NCBI GenBank assembly: GCA_965644315.1
Contig: CBFFRQ010000044.1
Location: forward strand, 1-64,000
Reading direction: 5' to 3'
Source: Caecitellus pseudoparvulus
Taxonomy: Eukaryota; Protista; Bigyra: Bicosoecida
DNA length: 64,000 nt
Positions 44,281 to 54,392 of this stretch are shown piece after piece. The notes under the pieces were generated by a model that searched no databases, was not told the DNA's origin, and worked only from the letters and a program-made list of their open reading frames with translations. Positions within the stretch are counted from its first letter, which is position 1. Every line of letters begins with the position of its first letter. A program made the position numbers and the translations under genes.

Positions 44281-47200
44281 ATGCCGGAAACCAGCGAGGC
44301 CGGCGGCGCTGCCCCGCCAAGACCGGGCAGCACCAGCCCACCAGGCAGCATGGACAGCGGCAGCGTGGCGTCCGACCAGGCCGACGCTGTCGTGGAGCTG
44401 GAGCCTCGCCATGGCGAGTACCACCCCTTTGGCGCATACGAGACGGCACTGGAGTGGGGCCTCGTGCCTGGGGTGAAGGAGACCGCGCCGGGTGCTCTGA
44501 CAGCGGCGCCATTGCCACTGCCTCCACTGCGGAGGTTCGTGCCTCAACCTACAGTGCCAGTGGAAGACGCGGCACGGGCAGTGGCGTTGGGCCTGCGAAA
44601 TCCGCACACCACCGCCAGCCAGGGACAGGTTGCTGTTGTTGTACGCAGTGGCACGGCGTCTCTGGACTGCCAGTACCACGCCGCTGACGCTGCCTTCAGG
44701 AAACGCGCTGCAGCAGCCGGCACCAAGCGCCGCGCCGACCCGTACGCGCCGAAGCGGGACGCCAGCGGCACTGAAGCACGGGCACTGTCTCACACAGACT
44801 TTCTACGAGCGTATGCCGGGGGCGAGGGCGGCTTGAACCCCCTCACTCTCATCCAAATGGGCCGGTACAAGGCGCCCGAAGCTGGCGCTGGCGGCGGCAC
44901 CAGCTCGTCTCAGCCAGCCAGCTCCGAGCAGGCGCCAACCCCGCCTGACGAGGTGGGGGAAGGCGAGGCGGGGGAAGATGCTGCCGCGTCGCAAGACTCC
45001 GTGCGCCGGTCTCGGCGTGGCGGTGGCGTGCACCACCTCCCCGCACCCACGCCCACCCAGAGCCTGCGCGTGCAAGTCATGCCCGAGGCCGCCCTGGTCA
45101 TGGACGTGCACGCACACATGGCCCTCAGCGAGGTCATTGGCCTGCTGGGCGGCACAGTGCAGCCGGGCGCTGACCCTGGCACACCCGCCCTCATCACAGT
45201 GCACCGTGCCTTCCCCTGCGCCGCTCTGCCCATCGCCGACGACCAGCTGGTGAACGTGGAGATGGACCCCGAGTCGGAGGTGGCTGTGCGGGGTGAGATC
45301 GCATCCCGGGGCCTGCAGTGCGTCGGGTGGTACCACTCCCACCCCACCTTCAAGGCCACGCCCTCCGTGAAAGACGTCGAGAACCAGCTCTCCTACCAGG
45401 CCTTCATGTCACCCTCGGGGTCAACGCCCCCCGTCCCACCCGGGCCAGTGGCCTCTGCAGGCGCTCCCGCGAACCTGCATGGGGGCGCACCCGCTCCGTG
45501 CTGTGCCGCCGCCACACCGGCCTCACAGCACAAGGCCGTGACCCCCCCCGCAGCGACGGGGGAGGGGGCCCCCCCGACTCTGCCCTCAGGGGTGGTGCCG
45601 TTCGTCGGCGTCATCGTGTCGCCCTACAACACGGACTACATGCCAGACATCTCGGAAATCGCCGTGTTCAACGTCACCCCCGCGCCCACAGCGGTGCCCA
45701 TGGCAGTGGAAACGTCCTTCCCCGCCTCTGGCGAGACTGCACTGGCTCAGCCCCCCACGCCCACCGCTGAGGGTGGACCGCCCCCCCCCGCCCCCGCCTG
45801 TCCCAAGCTCCTGCGCACGGAGGGCGTGCTGACGGCTGAGTGGCTGGTGCGAGCCATCGCCAGCATCTCTCAGGCAGCCGACAGCCACCTGCGGTCCACC
45901 TGCTGCGAAGTGGAGGAGGCGGCTCTGCAGGACGTGAACCCCGCCAACGGCCCTTTCTTCACCATGATCCCCGCCACAGAGGTGGTGGACGCCGCCACCC
46001 TGGCCGCGTCCAGCCGCGTGGCGGGCAAGGCCACTCTGCGTGCCACGACCAAAGCTCGCAAGGGCAAGGCGGGGCCTGGGCGGAGCAAGGGGGGCGGTGC
46101 CCGGGACACCGGCGCCGGGGGCGCTGCCGGTACCCCTGGTCCCAGGGAGCCTCGCCGACGCAAGGCCAGCGCGGCAGACAAGGCGCCACCCGGCGACCCC
46201 ACGCCGCTGTCTGAGCTGGTGACGGCTGAGATGGGCATCGTGCCGCTTGCCCCCGGCAGCACCCTGCCCGACATCCCCGCTGAGATCACCGCCGTGTGCG
46301 ACGCCAAGGGCTGGGACATCGGGGACATGCGGCAGCTGGAGCGGGAGATCAAGCTGCGCGGCGTGGAGAGCATGCGCGGCAGCATGTGGCGCGTGCGCAT
46401 CTTCCTGCACTCCAAAGTCGTCTTCGAGGGGCGCGGCTCCAACTTCGTGCAGGCGGCGCGCCTGTACGACCGCAAGAGCCTGGAGCTTCGGCGCGAGGAC
46501 GCGGAGGTGAACTTTCCCAGCGAGGCGCCAGTGGCGGCGCCGCCGGGCCTCGTGGCTTCCATGCGCGCCAGTGGGCGGCCGCTGGTGTGGAAGCTGGCCC
46601 GTGGACGCCGGCGGCGGGTGAAGGACAAGCCCGCCGCCTCCCCTGCCCTGACGCCGGGCAGTGCCCCAGCCGACAGCTCCCAGCCTGGCACGCCCCTGGT
46701 GGGGGGGACACCTGTGCCAGAGGGCCAGCCAGACACGCCCACAGGGGGCAAGAAGCGGCCTCGGGCGGAAGGAGGCCCAGAGGGACCGCAGCCCCCCCTG
46801 TCGACAGCCAAGGCCCCCCGTGCCGAGGGGGGGGACGGGCCAGGTGGCGCTGCACCCCCCCTGCCTGCAGGAACGGTGCTGGCGGCAAACCCCTCTGCTC
46901 CAGCTGCTGCATCGCCTGCACCGCCACCCGCCGAGACACCAGCGCCAGCACCCACCCCGTCACCGGCACCTGCCCCAGCTGTGGAGCTAAGCGAGCCCTA
47001 CCCCCACGCACGCACGCCCAACCCATTCCGCGAGGCGGTGAATGTGGACTTGCAGGCGTATGCGCGGAGCGTGGCGGGGCCGGGGGCGGACATGGGCCCA
47101 GCCCAGCTGGCTGCTGTGAAGGACATGATGACTCGCCACCGCTTCGCCCGCCTGGTCATGGCGCTGGCGGCGGCGGGGCAGAACGCCCTGCAGACTCTGC

Positions 47201-49143
47201 AGCGGGCTACTGTGGCGGCAGGGCAGGCCGTGGCGGCGGAGGCGGTAGAGGCGGGCGCCGTGGGTGGCCCAGGTGCGGACGCCGCCGCCCCTCCCCCCGC
47301 CCCCTCCGGCCAGGACATCACAGAGGCGGCCCAGGCGGCGGGGCAGCCCGTGTCGGCCTTGCAGTACACCGTGTTGCACTACCTGCAGCAAGTACTTGCC
47401 GTGGCCAAGGCCTCTGCGGAGAGCGACCTCCGCGTCCTAGCGCACCCTGCGGCAGAGACGGTGGTGCTGGAGGCAGTGCAGGTGATGCGCGTGCCGTGGC
47501 TGAACGCGCTGAATGCGCTAAACGCGCGCACGGCAGAGACCATGCCGCCCAGCCCCTGGAGTCCCGAGGCTGAGGTGAGTCTGCGGCAGGCCATCATGCT
47601 GCTGCGCCAGCTGCGGGCGGCCTGCATCCGGGCATGGAACACGGCCCGGGAGCGGGGCACGCCTGCTCACCCGACAGCACCCAGCGCCATTCTGGACGGC
47701 TCCCACGCCGCGGCAGCTGGCGTGGAGGCTGAGGTGTCCATGGAGCACGCCGTGCTGTCCATGCGCCTGCCACTGCTGACACCCACCCTGCCCACTGCGG
47801 CGCAGGGCGGCATGCCCGCTGCAGTGCTGCCTGTCCTGGGGCAACAAGTGCCCATCATCGCCGACGCAGCCCTGCGCCTGCGCATGGTGCACACGCTGTC
47901 GGCGGCGTACCCGGACGTAGTGCGGGGCACCCTGGCCCAGGTGGCTGACGTCATCGAGTACTACCGCGTGCACCCCAGTCGGGTGTCTCTCGTGCGGCCC
48001 TGGCGCAGGGCTCTCACCAACTTCACCAAGCTGGTGGTGGTGGTCATGGGGTGGGCCCACCTGCTGCCCCTGCCCCCTGCCCTGCGCACCACCTTCGCCT
48101 GGGACCTGGGGTGTCTCCTGTGGCACAGCTGGCACGGCGTGTGGCACCCGACACCCCAGGCCACTGCCCTGCCTGCTCTGCCCAGCTCACGCATGCTGGC
48201 GCTGCTGGTGGCCTGTCCCAACCGCCGTGCCCAGGGCGGCGCCCTGCGAGTCATGGTGGGTCGCCTGGAAAAGGAGGTCGCAGCCGACGACGCCGTGGCG
48301 CGCCACCACGCCGTGCTCTTCGGCGCAGCCGCTGGCTGGGGCATTGGACCTGGCAGCGCGCCTGAGGGTGGCCCCCCCTCACCCCCCCCTGGGCTGGACA
48401 CGGAAGCCCCCCCCACGGCAGAGGGCGCGGCGAAGCGTGCCTCGGAAGCACGCAAGCTGCCGCCGCAGAGCAGCAGCGCGGGGGCCGACGCTCAAACAGG
48501 TGCGGCAAGTGTTCGCCCCTTGCACAGCCAAGTGCAAGGGCAACAGCACCTCCTCGCCAGTGCGCTGTCTGCCAGTCACACCAGCGCCTTCGCCCAGGCT
48601 GCGGCGGCAGGCGGAGTCAACCAGAAGTGCAACCCCACCCTGCTCAAGCCGGCCGTGTCGCCAGCTGCTGCCAAGCACCTTGCAGCAGCGAGCGCTCAGT
48701 CAGCTACCGCCGGCGCCGGCGGTGGCAGTGCCTCGGGCACGCCGGGCCAAGCCACTCCCACGTCTGCTGCCACCGCAGCGACGGCAGCTCAGGCACCAGG
48801 GCAGGATGCTGTGGGGGTGGGGGGCCTGACGGGGCCTGAGGGGGCGTCAGCCCCCCCTCCCGGTACTGTCGTGGTGGTCATGCTGGGCGGGCAGACCACC
48901 ACCACCACCTACCCCGTCGCGCTGGCCCACGTGCAACGCAGCAACGGCGCGCTGACCCTCGTGCGACACCCCATGACGCAGCAGATCACGCTGGTGCCTG
49001 CCGCCGCCGCAGAGACATTCCTGCAGCATGCACGGGCCATGATGCTCAAGCCAGCGGCGGCGGCAGCTGCGGCAGCGGCGGTGACCAAGGCAGCCGCAGC
49101 GGCTGCCGCCGGCAAGCCAGCAAGTGCGCCCAGCGCCCCCTAG
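44281..49143 (+). CDS. MPN/JAMM metalloprotease (MPND/MYSM1-like) with an AP2-like domain, 1620 aa
   Basis: MDVHAH..EVIGLLGG and VGWYHSHPTFKATPSVKDVENQ (JAMM HxHx7Sx2D); AP2-like segment at 46351-46518. Confidence 0.82.
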   Translation: MPETSEAGGAAPPRPGSTSPPGSMDSGSVASDQADAVVELEPRHGEYHPFGAYETALEWGLVPGVKETAPGALTAAPLPLPPLRRFVPQPTVPVEDAARAVALGLRNPHTTASQGQVAVVVRSGTASLDCQYHAADAAFRKRAAAAGTKRRADPYAPKRDASGTEARALSHTDFLRAYAGGEGGLNPLTLIQMGRYKAPEAGAGGGTSSSQPASSEQAPTPPDEVGEGEAGEDAAASQDSVRRSRRGGGVHHLPAPTPTQSLRVQVMPEAALVMDVHAHMALSEVIGLLGGTVQPGADPGTPALITVHRAFPCAALPIADDQLVNVEMDPESEVAVRGEIASRGLQCVGWYHSHPTFKATPSVKDVENQLSYQAFMSPSGSTPPVPPGPVASAGAPANLHGGAPAPCCAAATPASQHKAVTPPAATGEGAPPTLPSGVVPFVGVIVSPYNTDYMPDISEIAVFNVTPAPTAVPMAVETSFPASGETALAQPPTPTAEGGPPPPAPACPKLLRTEGVLTAEWLVRAIASISQAADSHLRSTCCEVEEAALQDVNPANGPFFTMIPATEVVDAATLAASSRVAGKATLRATTKARKGKAGPGRSKGGGARDTGAGGAAGTPGPREPRRRKASAADKAPPGDPTPLSELVTAEMGIVPLAPGSTLPDIPAEITAVCDAKGWDIGDMRQLEREIKLRGVESMRGSMWRVRIFLHSKVVFEGRGSNFVQAARLYDRKSLELRREDAEVNFPSEAPVAAPPGLVASMRASGRPLVWKLARGRRRRVKDKPAASPALTPGSAPADSSQPGTPLVGGTPVPEGQPDTPTGGKKRPRAEGGPEGPQPPLSTAKAPRAEGGDGPGGAAPPLPAGTVLAANPSAPAAASPAPPPAETPAPAPTPSPAPAPAVELSEPYPHARTPNPFREAVNVDLQAYARSVAGPGADMGPAQLAAVKDMMTRHRFARLVMALAAAGQNALQTLQRATVAAGQAVAAEAVEAGAVGGPGADAAAPPPAPSGQDITEAAQAAGQPVSALQYTVLHYLQQVLAVAKASAESDLRVLAHPAAETVVLEAVQVMRVPWLNALNALNARTAETMPPSPWSPEAEVSLRQAIMLLRQLRAACIRAWNTARERGTPAHPTAPSAILDGSHAAAAGVEAEVSMEHAVLSMRLPLLTPTLPTAAQGGMPAAVLPVLGQQVPIIADAALRLRMVHTLSAAYPDVVRGTLAQVADVIEYYRVHPSRVSLVRPWRRALTNFTKLVVVVMGWAHLLPLPPALRTTFAWDLGCLLWHSWHGVWHPTPQATALPALPSSRMLALLVACPNRRAQGGALRVMVGRLEKEVAADDAVARHHAVLFGAAAGWGIGPGSAPEGGPPSPPPGLDTEAPPTAEGAAKRASEARKLPPQSSSAGADAQTGAASVRPLHSQVQGQQHLLASALSASHTSAFAQAAAAGGVNQKCNPTLLKPAVSPAAAKHLAAASAQSATAGAGGGSASGTPGQATPTSAATAATAAQAPGQDAVGVGGLTGPEGASAPPPGTVVVVMLGGQTTTTTYPVALAHVQRSNGALTLVRHPMTQQITLVPAAAAETFLQHARAMMLKPAAAAAAAAAVTKAAAAAAAGKPASAPSAP

Positions 49144-49203
49144 ACTCACTCCTCTGCAATGCATTGCGCCATTTCTTGGCGGGTTCGCTCGGGTTCGCAG
49201 CGG

Positions 49204-50013
49204 CTAGACACGCCCGCGCAGGTCCATTCCCAGTGCGCCCACCAGGCTCTGTGCCACCTCCCGCTCACGCTCAGACATGCCAGCCATGGCAGGGTGCACG
49301 CCAGAGGGGGTGGGGGACGCCGAGGCTGCGGGGGAGGGGGCTGCGGAAGGGGGGGGAGGGGGCATGGCCACCCCCCCCGAGATGCGCACGACCAGCCCCC
49401 CCTCGCCCGATTTCGAGGGGGGGTCAGACACGCCAGGGGACGGCGCAGGGCTGCTGCTGCTGCCATCAGGCGCTGCCTGGGGCGAGGCGGCGGGGGGCAC
49501 CGTCTCGCCTGCTGATGTGGTGCTCTGGGCAGAGGGTGTGGGGAGGGGAGCCGTGGAGGGGGGGGGTGATGGGGCGACACCCCCCCCCCCTCCCGCGAGC
49601 GGTGACGAGGCGGGCAGTGTGGCCATGCCTTGGGGCATGCCCATGGGCAGGGACCCAGCAGCACCCGGGAACATGCCCCCCAGGCCCGGTGCAGGGAAGG
49701 CCCCCCCCCCTGGCATCATGTTGAAGCCAGGCATGCCTGCAGCTGACACGATGCCAGGCGGCACGCCCATGCCGGCGTCCAGCGGCAGAGGCAGGGACCC
49801 CGCGCCCATGAAAAAGCCAGGGATCTGCATGCCTGGGTAAAAGCCCTGCAAAGGAGGCCAGGAAGGCGGCAGGCAGCGTGGGCGGGGTGTGTGGCGTCGC
49901 TGCAGTGTTCGAATTTCCGCACCGCAGCTCCGTGCAGGCCCATGAGAGATGACGTCGGCGTGGACGGCTCCCCGCGCGCCCAACTTGGAATAACTGAGTG
50001 GACAGGGAAGCAA
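49204..50013 (-). CDS. Hypothetical Pro/Gly/Met-rich protein (5' exons uncertain)
   Basis: 269-codon low-complexity ORF with an apparent splice acceptor near 49846. Confidence 0.45.
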   Translation of the reverse strand: MLPCPLSYSKLGARGAVHADVISHGPARSCGAEIRTLQRRHTPRPRCLPPSWPPLQGFYPGMQIPGFFMGAGSLPLPLDAGMGVPPGIVSAAGMPGFNMMPGGGAFPAPGLGGMFPGAAGSLPMGMPQGMATLPASSPLAGGGGGVAPSPPPSTAPLPTPSAQSTTSAGETVPPAASPQAAPDGSSSSPAPSPGVSDPPSKSGEGGLVVRISGGVAMPPPPPSAAPSPAASASPTPSGVHPAMAGMSEREREVAQSLVGALGMDLRGRV

Positions 50014-50195
50014 ATGAGTGCATGGGGGGTGTTCCGGCCGCGCAACTTCTCGCAGGGCCGTGGGGCGGCAAGTTGAGGAAGGGCCATCGCAGTTTCCGCA
50101 CTTGCCCTCGCAGGCTGCGCCGGCGAGCTGAGTCAGCTGGCGAGGCAGTGGCGCCCCCCCGCCAGCGCCAGAAACTGGACACCACGCATGTCAAG

Positions 50196-50823
50196 TCACT
50201 CACTGCTGTCAGGCAAGTGCCCGATGTCGCGCAGCCGTAGCAGACTCCTGCGGCCGAAGCTGCTGCTCATCAGCCGCTTCGTGTACCGCTGGCTGTTGCG
50301 GACCTCTGGCATGCACCAGTTGCACGCGATGGCAAAGCTGCGCACCTGGGCGCCATCTGGACGCAGGTCCTCTGCGAGGGGCAGCAGCCTGGCGTGGCGC
50401 ACTGCGGCGGCGTGGCGCAGGAGCCACCTACGCACCTGGCAGGGCTCCTGGGTGCATTGGCAGCGGCAGCAGTGCGGCCAGGGCCGGCATGTGCTTGTTT
50501 TGGACGTGCAGGGCGACGGAGGAGATGGAGGAGAAGCGCTTGTCGCACAGTCCACATCGGAAGGTCGGCCCCGAGTCCTGGCTCGTCCTGTGCAGCCGCC
50601 AATGCGTTCGGGACACACACCGTGCCGCCGGGCGACGAAACGCTGAGGGCCGCGCAGCTTACCCTTTCTTGCGCCGCTTGGCGGCAGCTGCTGCAGCGGA
50701 CGCCGCTGATTCTCCAGCTTTGCTTGAAGCTGCTGCCTCTGCCTTGCTCCGTTTCACGCCCCCGACCTGCCCTGCGCCTTTCCCGCCTCGGGCAGGCGCT
50801 GGCTTCTCAGCACTGCTCATGGT
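50196..50823 (-). CDS. Small C2H2 zinc-finger protein (multi-exon, model uncertain)
   Basis: FRCGLCDKRFSSISSVALHVQNKH; basic N-terminal exon MSSAEKP...KRRKKG|gtaag. Confidence 0.55.
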
Positions 50824-50942
50824 GCTTGCACGAGGCCGCCACTTCAGCAGCTGCAAGCTCGCGCGTGATGAGGTGGCAGTGGCACTATCCGCTCTGCATG
50901 GAAAGGTGGCAGAGGGTCGTTGGATTGTGTTGCGCAGGCAGC

Positions 50943-52527
50943 TCAGTCGGCACGGGGCCCCTTGCCGGGGCTCGCCACTGCGCCAGGCACCAGCCCAGGC
51001 TCAACAGGCAGCCCGCCCTCTGCCACCACGGCAGCGTGTGCACCCTGCGCCTCGTCCTGAGACACGTCCACTTCCAGGCGCCCCGACCCCGTCAAATCGT
51101 GCTCGCTCCGAGCCACCTTCCCCGGCGACAGCACTGTCACCGGCTCCTCCACACCATCACCATCCGCGTCACCGGCCTGCGCCGTAGCACCCTCTTCGGC
51201 AGCTGGGGACGCTTGCCCAGGACTTGCAGCTGGCGTTGTCTGAGTTTCTGCCGTGCTGTCCTCTTCCGTGGCGCGGGGTGCGGCCGGCGCGTCAGCTGGG
51301 CCGCCTGCCGCTTTTTCCGCTGCCAACGCAGCACGCACCTGCTCCGCAGTCTCTCCACCTTGCAGCCGCCGCTTCAGCTCCCCAACAGTCAGCTGCCCAA
51401 TGATGTCTCCACATGCGTCGCACACTGCCTGCCACTGGGCGTTGTGTGCTCGCCGCACGGCAGGCTGCCCACACCCTGCCACAAAGCACAGCGGGCCGGA
51501 GGCTGGCTTCTTCGGCGCGCTGCTGCTTGACGGCGCCGCGTCGCCGCCTGCCGGTGAGGAAGCAGCGCCATCATGCGCAGCATCCTGCTGTGCCGCCGCA
51601 GAGGCCCCTGCGCCACTGGCGTCGCCCTCAGCAGCCTCTGCAGCGGCCTTACGTGCGGCGAGGTTGGCCAGGCGTTTCTTCTTCAGCTCGGCGGCACGCT
51701 TGGCGTCAGCTTCGTCGTACTCCTTGGTCTGCGCGTCAATGCGTTTCTGCAGGTTGGCAAAGTCCGACGCGATGACCCGCACCAGCCAGTCAAAGCCTTC
51801 GGAAATGGCTGGGTCCAGGGTGTTGTCCAGCAGACTGCCCGCTGCAGTGCACTTGGTCACGTGGTGACTCGTGAGCGTCAAGTTCTGCACGCCCATGGCG
51901 GTGCTGATGGTGTCTTCGTCCACGCTGGCGGGCAGGTCCGCCTTGTTGGCCAGGCTGTGGGGGAGTGGCGAGCGTGCGTGACCTGAGGCCGCGGCGCGTG
52001 AAGCCAGGGGCGCGGACCACGCACATGAGCAGGGGCTTGCCCACCAGCATGCTGTGGGAGGCAACCTCTGCCAGCTCCCCAGCAGCTTCTTCGAAACGGT
52101 CAGGGTCTGCAGAGTCCACCATGAATACAGCGCCGTGCACCTGTGCCGCGCGGGTCGTGCCGTTGGCGCCGGGACGAAACTCCCACTGAAAACGCCGGCA
52201 CTCACCTCGTGAAAGTACTGCTTCCAAAGCCCCCGAATGCGGGCGCCCCCGCCAACATCGTACAGCTTCAAGGACTCCTTTCCATGCTTCAGGTGTGTGG
52301 GCTGGGAGAAGCCCACGGTGGGCACCGTCACCTTGTCAAAGTCTGTGCAGTTGGGCCGGCGTTTCTCTGCGGTCCCCGCACAGCAAGCCGGCGCCCTCGC
52401 CCCACACACCTGACTTGAGGCTGTATGTGAGCGTGGTCTTGCCGCTGTTGTCAATGCCCATGAGCAGGATGGTGAGCTCGTCCTTCGGCCCCGCGGCGCC
52501 AGACGGCACTGAGCTTCCACACCCCAT
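50943..52527 (-). CDS. ARL13: ARL13-like ciliary Arf-family GTPase (multi-exon)
   Basis: MGC acylation start, GIDNSGKT, PTVGF, DVGGG (Gly for Gln, typical of ARL13), NKAD, then a coiled coil and a long C-terminal tail. Confidence 0.82.
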
Positions 52528-52743
52528 GCCTACGCGCTTGCTGCTGCCTGTGGCCTGTGCAACGTGGGCAGTGTCGTGCATTCAGGGGCAGGCACTCCAA
52601 CTCCAGTGGAACACCATGCAGCGTGCATGCCAGGGTGGAGCTCCAAGTGTGATATGCCACCAGCCGCTCACCTGCACTGGGTCGCTCACTCCGCTCGCCT
52701 GGCGCACAGCGACAGCACCCATCGCCGGCACAGCACGAGCACC

Positions 52744-54264
52744 TCACGAGGCAGCCTCGCCCTCGCCGGCGTACTCGTACTCGCCTTCCTCCTCGTACTC
52801 GCCCTCCTCGGCGTACTCCTTCTCCTCCTCCTCCAAGTCCCAGTCGGCGTCCACCTTGGCAGTCACTGCAGGGTCATCCAGCTGGGGGTCCTCGCCCAGA
52901 CTGCCCCACACCTCCCAGTCATCCTTGAGGTTGTGCAGGCGCACATACCCGTCCTCACCACCCGTCGTGAAGGACAGCCCGTCAGGGTTCCAGGCGCAGG
53001 TGTTGATGGGCCCGAAATGCCCCTGCAGCGTGCCCAGCAGGTCGCCCTGCGTCACGGAGTGAATGCGCGCTTCGAAGTTGCCAGCGCCGGCGGCAGTCGT
53101 GGTCACGTCACGGGCCTCCTGACCACCTCCCATCAGCAGCAGCTCCCGAGTGGGGTGCAGGGACGCCGCGTTGATGCGCGCTTCCCCCTTGTACGACTTG
53201 AGAGCGCGCAGCTCCTTGGTGTCCCACAGCGTCGTCGTGGCGTCTGAGGAGGTGGTCAGGAAGCACGTCTTGTCGTAGGAGAAGACGAGCGAGGTGATGG
53301 TGTGCCCAGTGTGGGCCTCCATCTCCGTCACCTGCGCGCCAGTGCGCGTGTCGAACACCTTCAGCCCGCCCTTCTCCATGGCCACCAGGATGCGGTCGTT
53401 CAGGGGCAGCCACAGGGCGGCGGTGATGCGGGCACGGGGGTCCTCCGACACCGTGATGCGCAGGTACGGCTGGGGGCCCTCTGCCTCCACGCCCTCTGCG
53501 GCCCCAGACCCGCCAGTGGCCTCCTCCAAGTCCAGCTTGTACAGGGCAATGCCACACGGCACACCACCAGCGGACTCCTTGAAGTTGTCGTGCACGACCA
53601 GGAACTCCTTGCAGCCCTCTGACAGCGCCACCCAACGAGCAGGCCTGCGGGGCGGGGGGGTGCCGTAGTGTGCCGAGTGTGCCCCAGCATGCAGAACAGG
53701 CCTGAAACGCCAGGCGCAGCGCGAAGTGGTCAGCAGGCGCTGGGTGCGCGGCAACTCACCCGCCAATGTCATAGTTGCACAGAACCTTGCCAGTCTGGGT
53801 GCTCCACAGCTTGGCAAACTGGTCGGCGCTGGCAGTCAGCAGGTACATGCTGTCGTCTGCGCGTGGGCGAGGGCGGATTTTGAGCTGCACTGCCACACAC
53901 GAGCACCGGCGGCAAAGCCTGTCGCCTGAGCCACCCTCGCCGCGGAGGGGCTCAAGCTGCCCAGCGTATGTACGCATGAAGTGCGCCCCACCTGGCTTTG
54001 CCCTGCCACGCACCTGTGATGTCGCAGTTCCACACAGTACCGCGGTGCCCGTCAAAGGTGCCCAGGCGGGAACCATCGTCCGTGAACCAGATGTTGGGCG
54101 CGTGGTCCTTGCTGCAGGTGATGAGCAGATCGCCCCCAGCGTTGTACTTGACAAACGTCAAGGAGCGCTCGTGGCCCTTGAGCACGATGGGCTTCTGTGA
54201 GAGCGCAGGCGTGGCGGCGTGAGCGGCGGCAGAGAGGCGCAGTGCGGCGCCCAGCACACACCAT
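52744..54264 (-). CDS. eIF3i: Translation initiation factor 3 subunit I (WD40), multi-exon
   Basis: M|KPIVLKGHERSLTFVKYN, GGGQEARDVTTT, GHFGPIN, GGEDGYVRLH. Confidence 0.93.
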
Positions 54265-54392
54265 GGCTGAAGATGAGGCGGCAGGCACGCAGCTCAACAG
54301 CACACGTAGAGCTGTGCAGAGTGTGGATGCGGTGGGTCGGCGTGGGTGGTGAGAAAGTGCCGAGCACGTCTGCATTGCGTGGCGCGGGGCCA

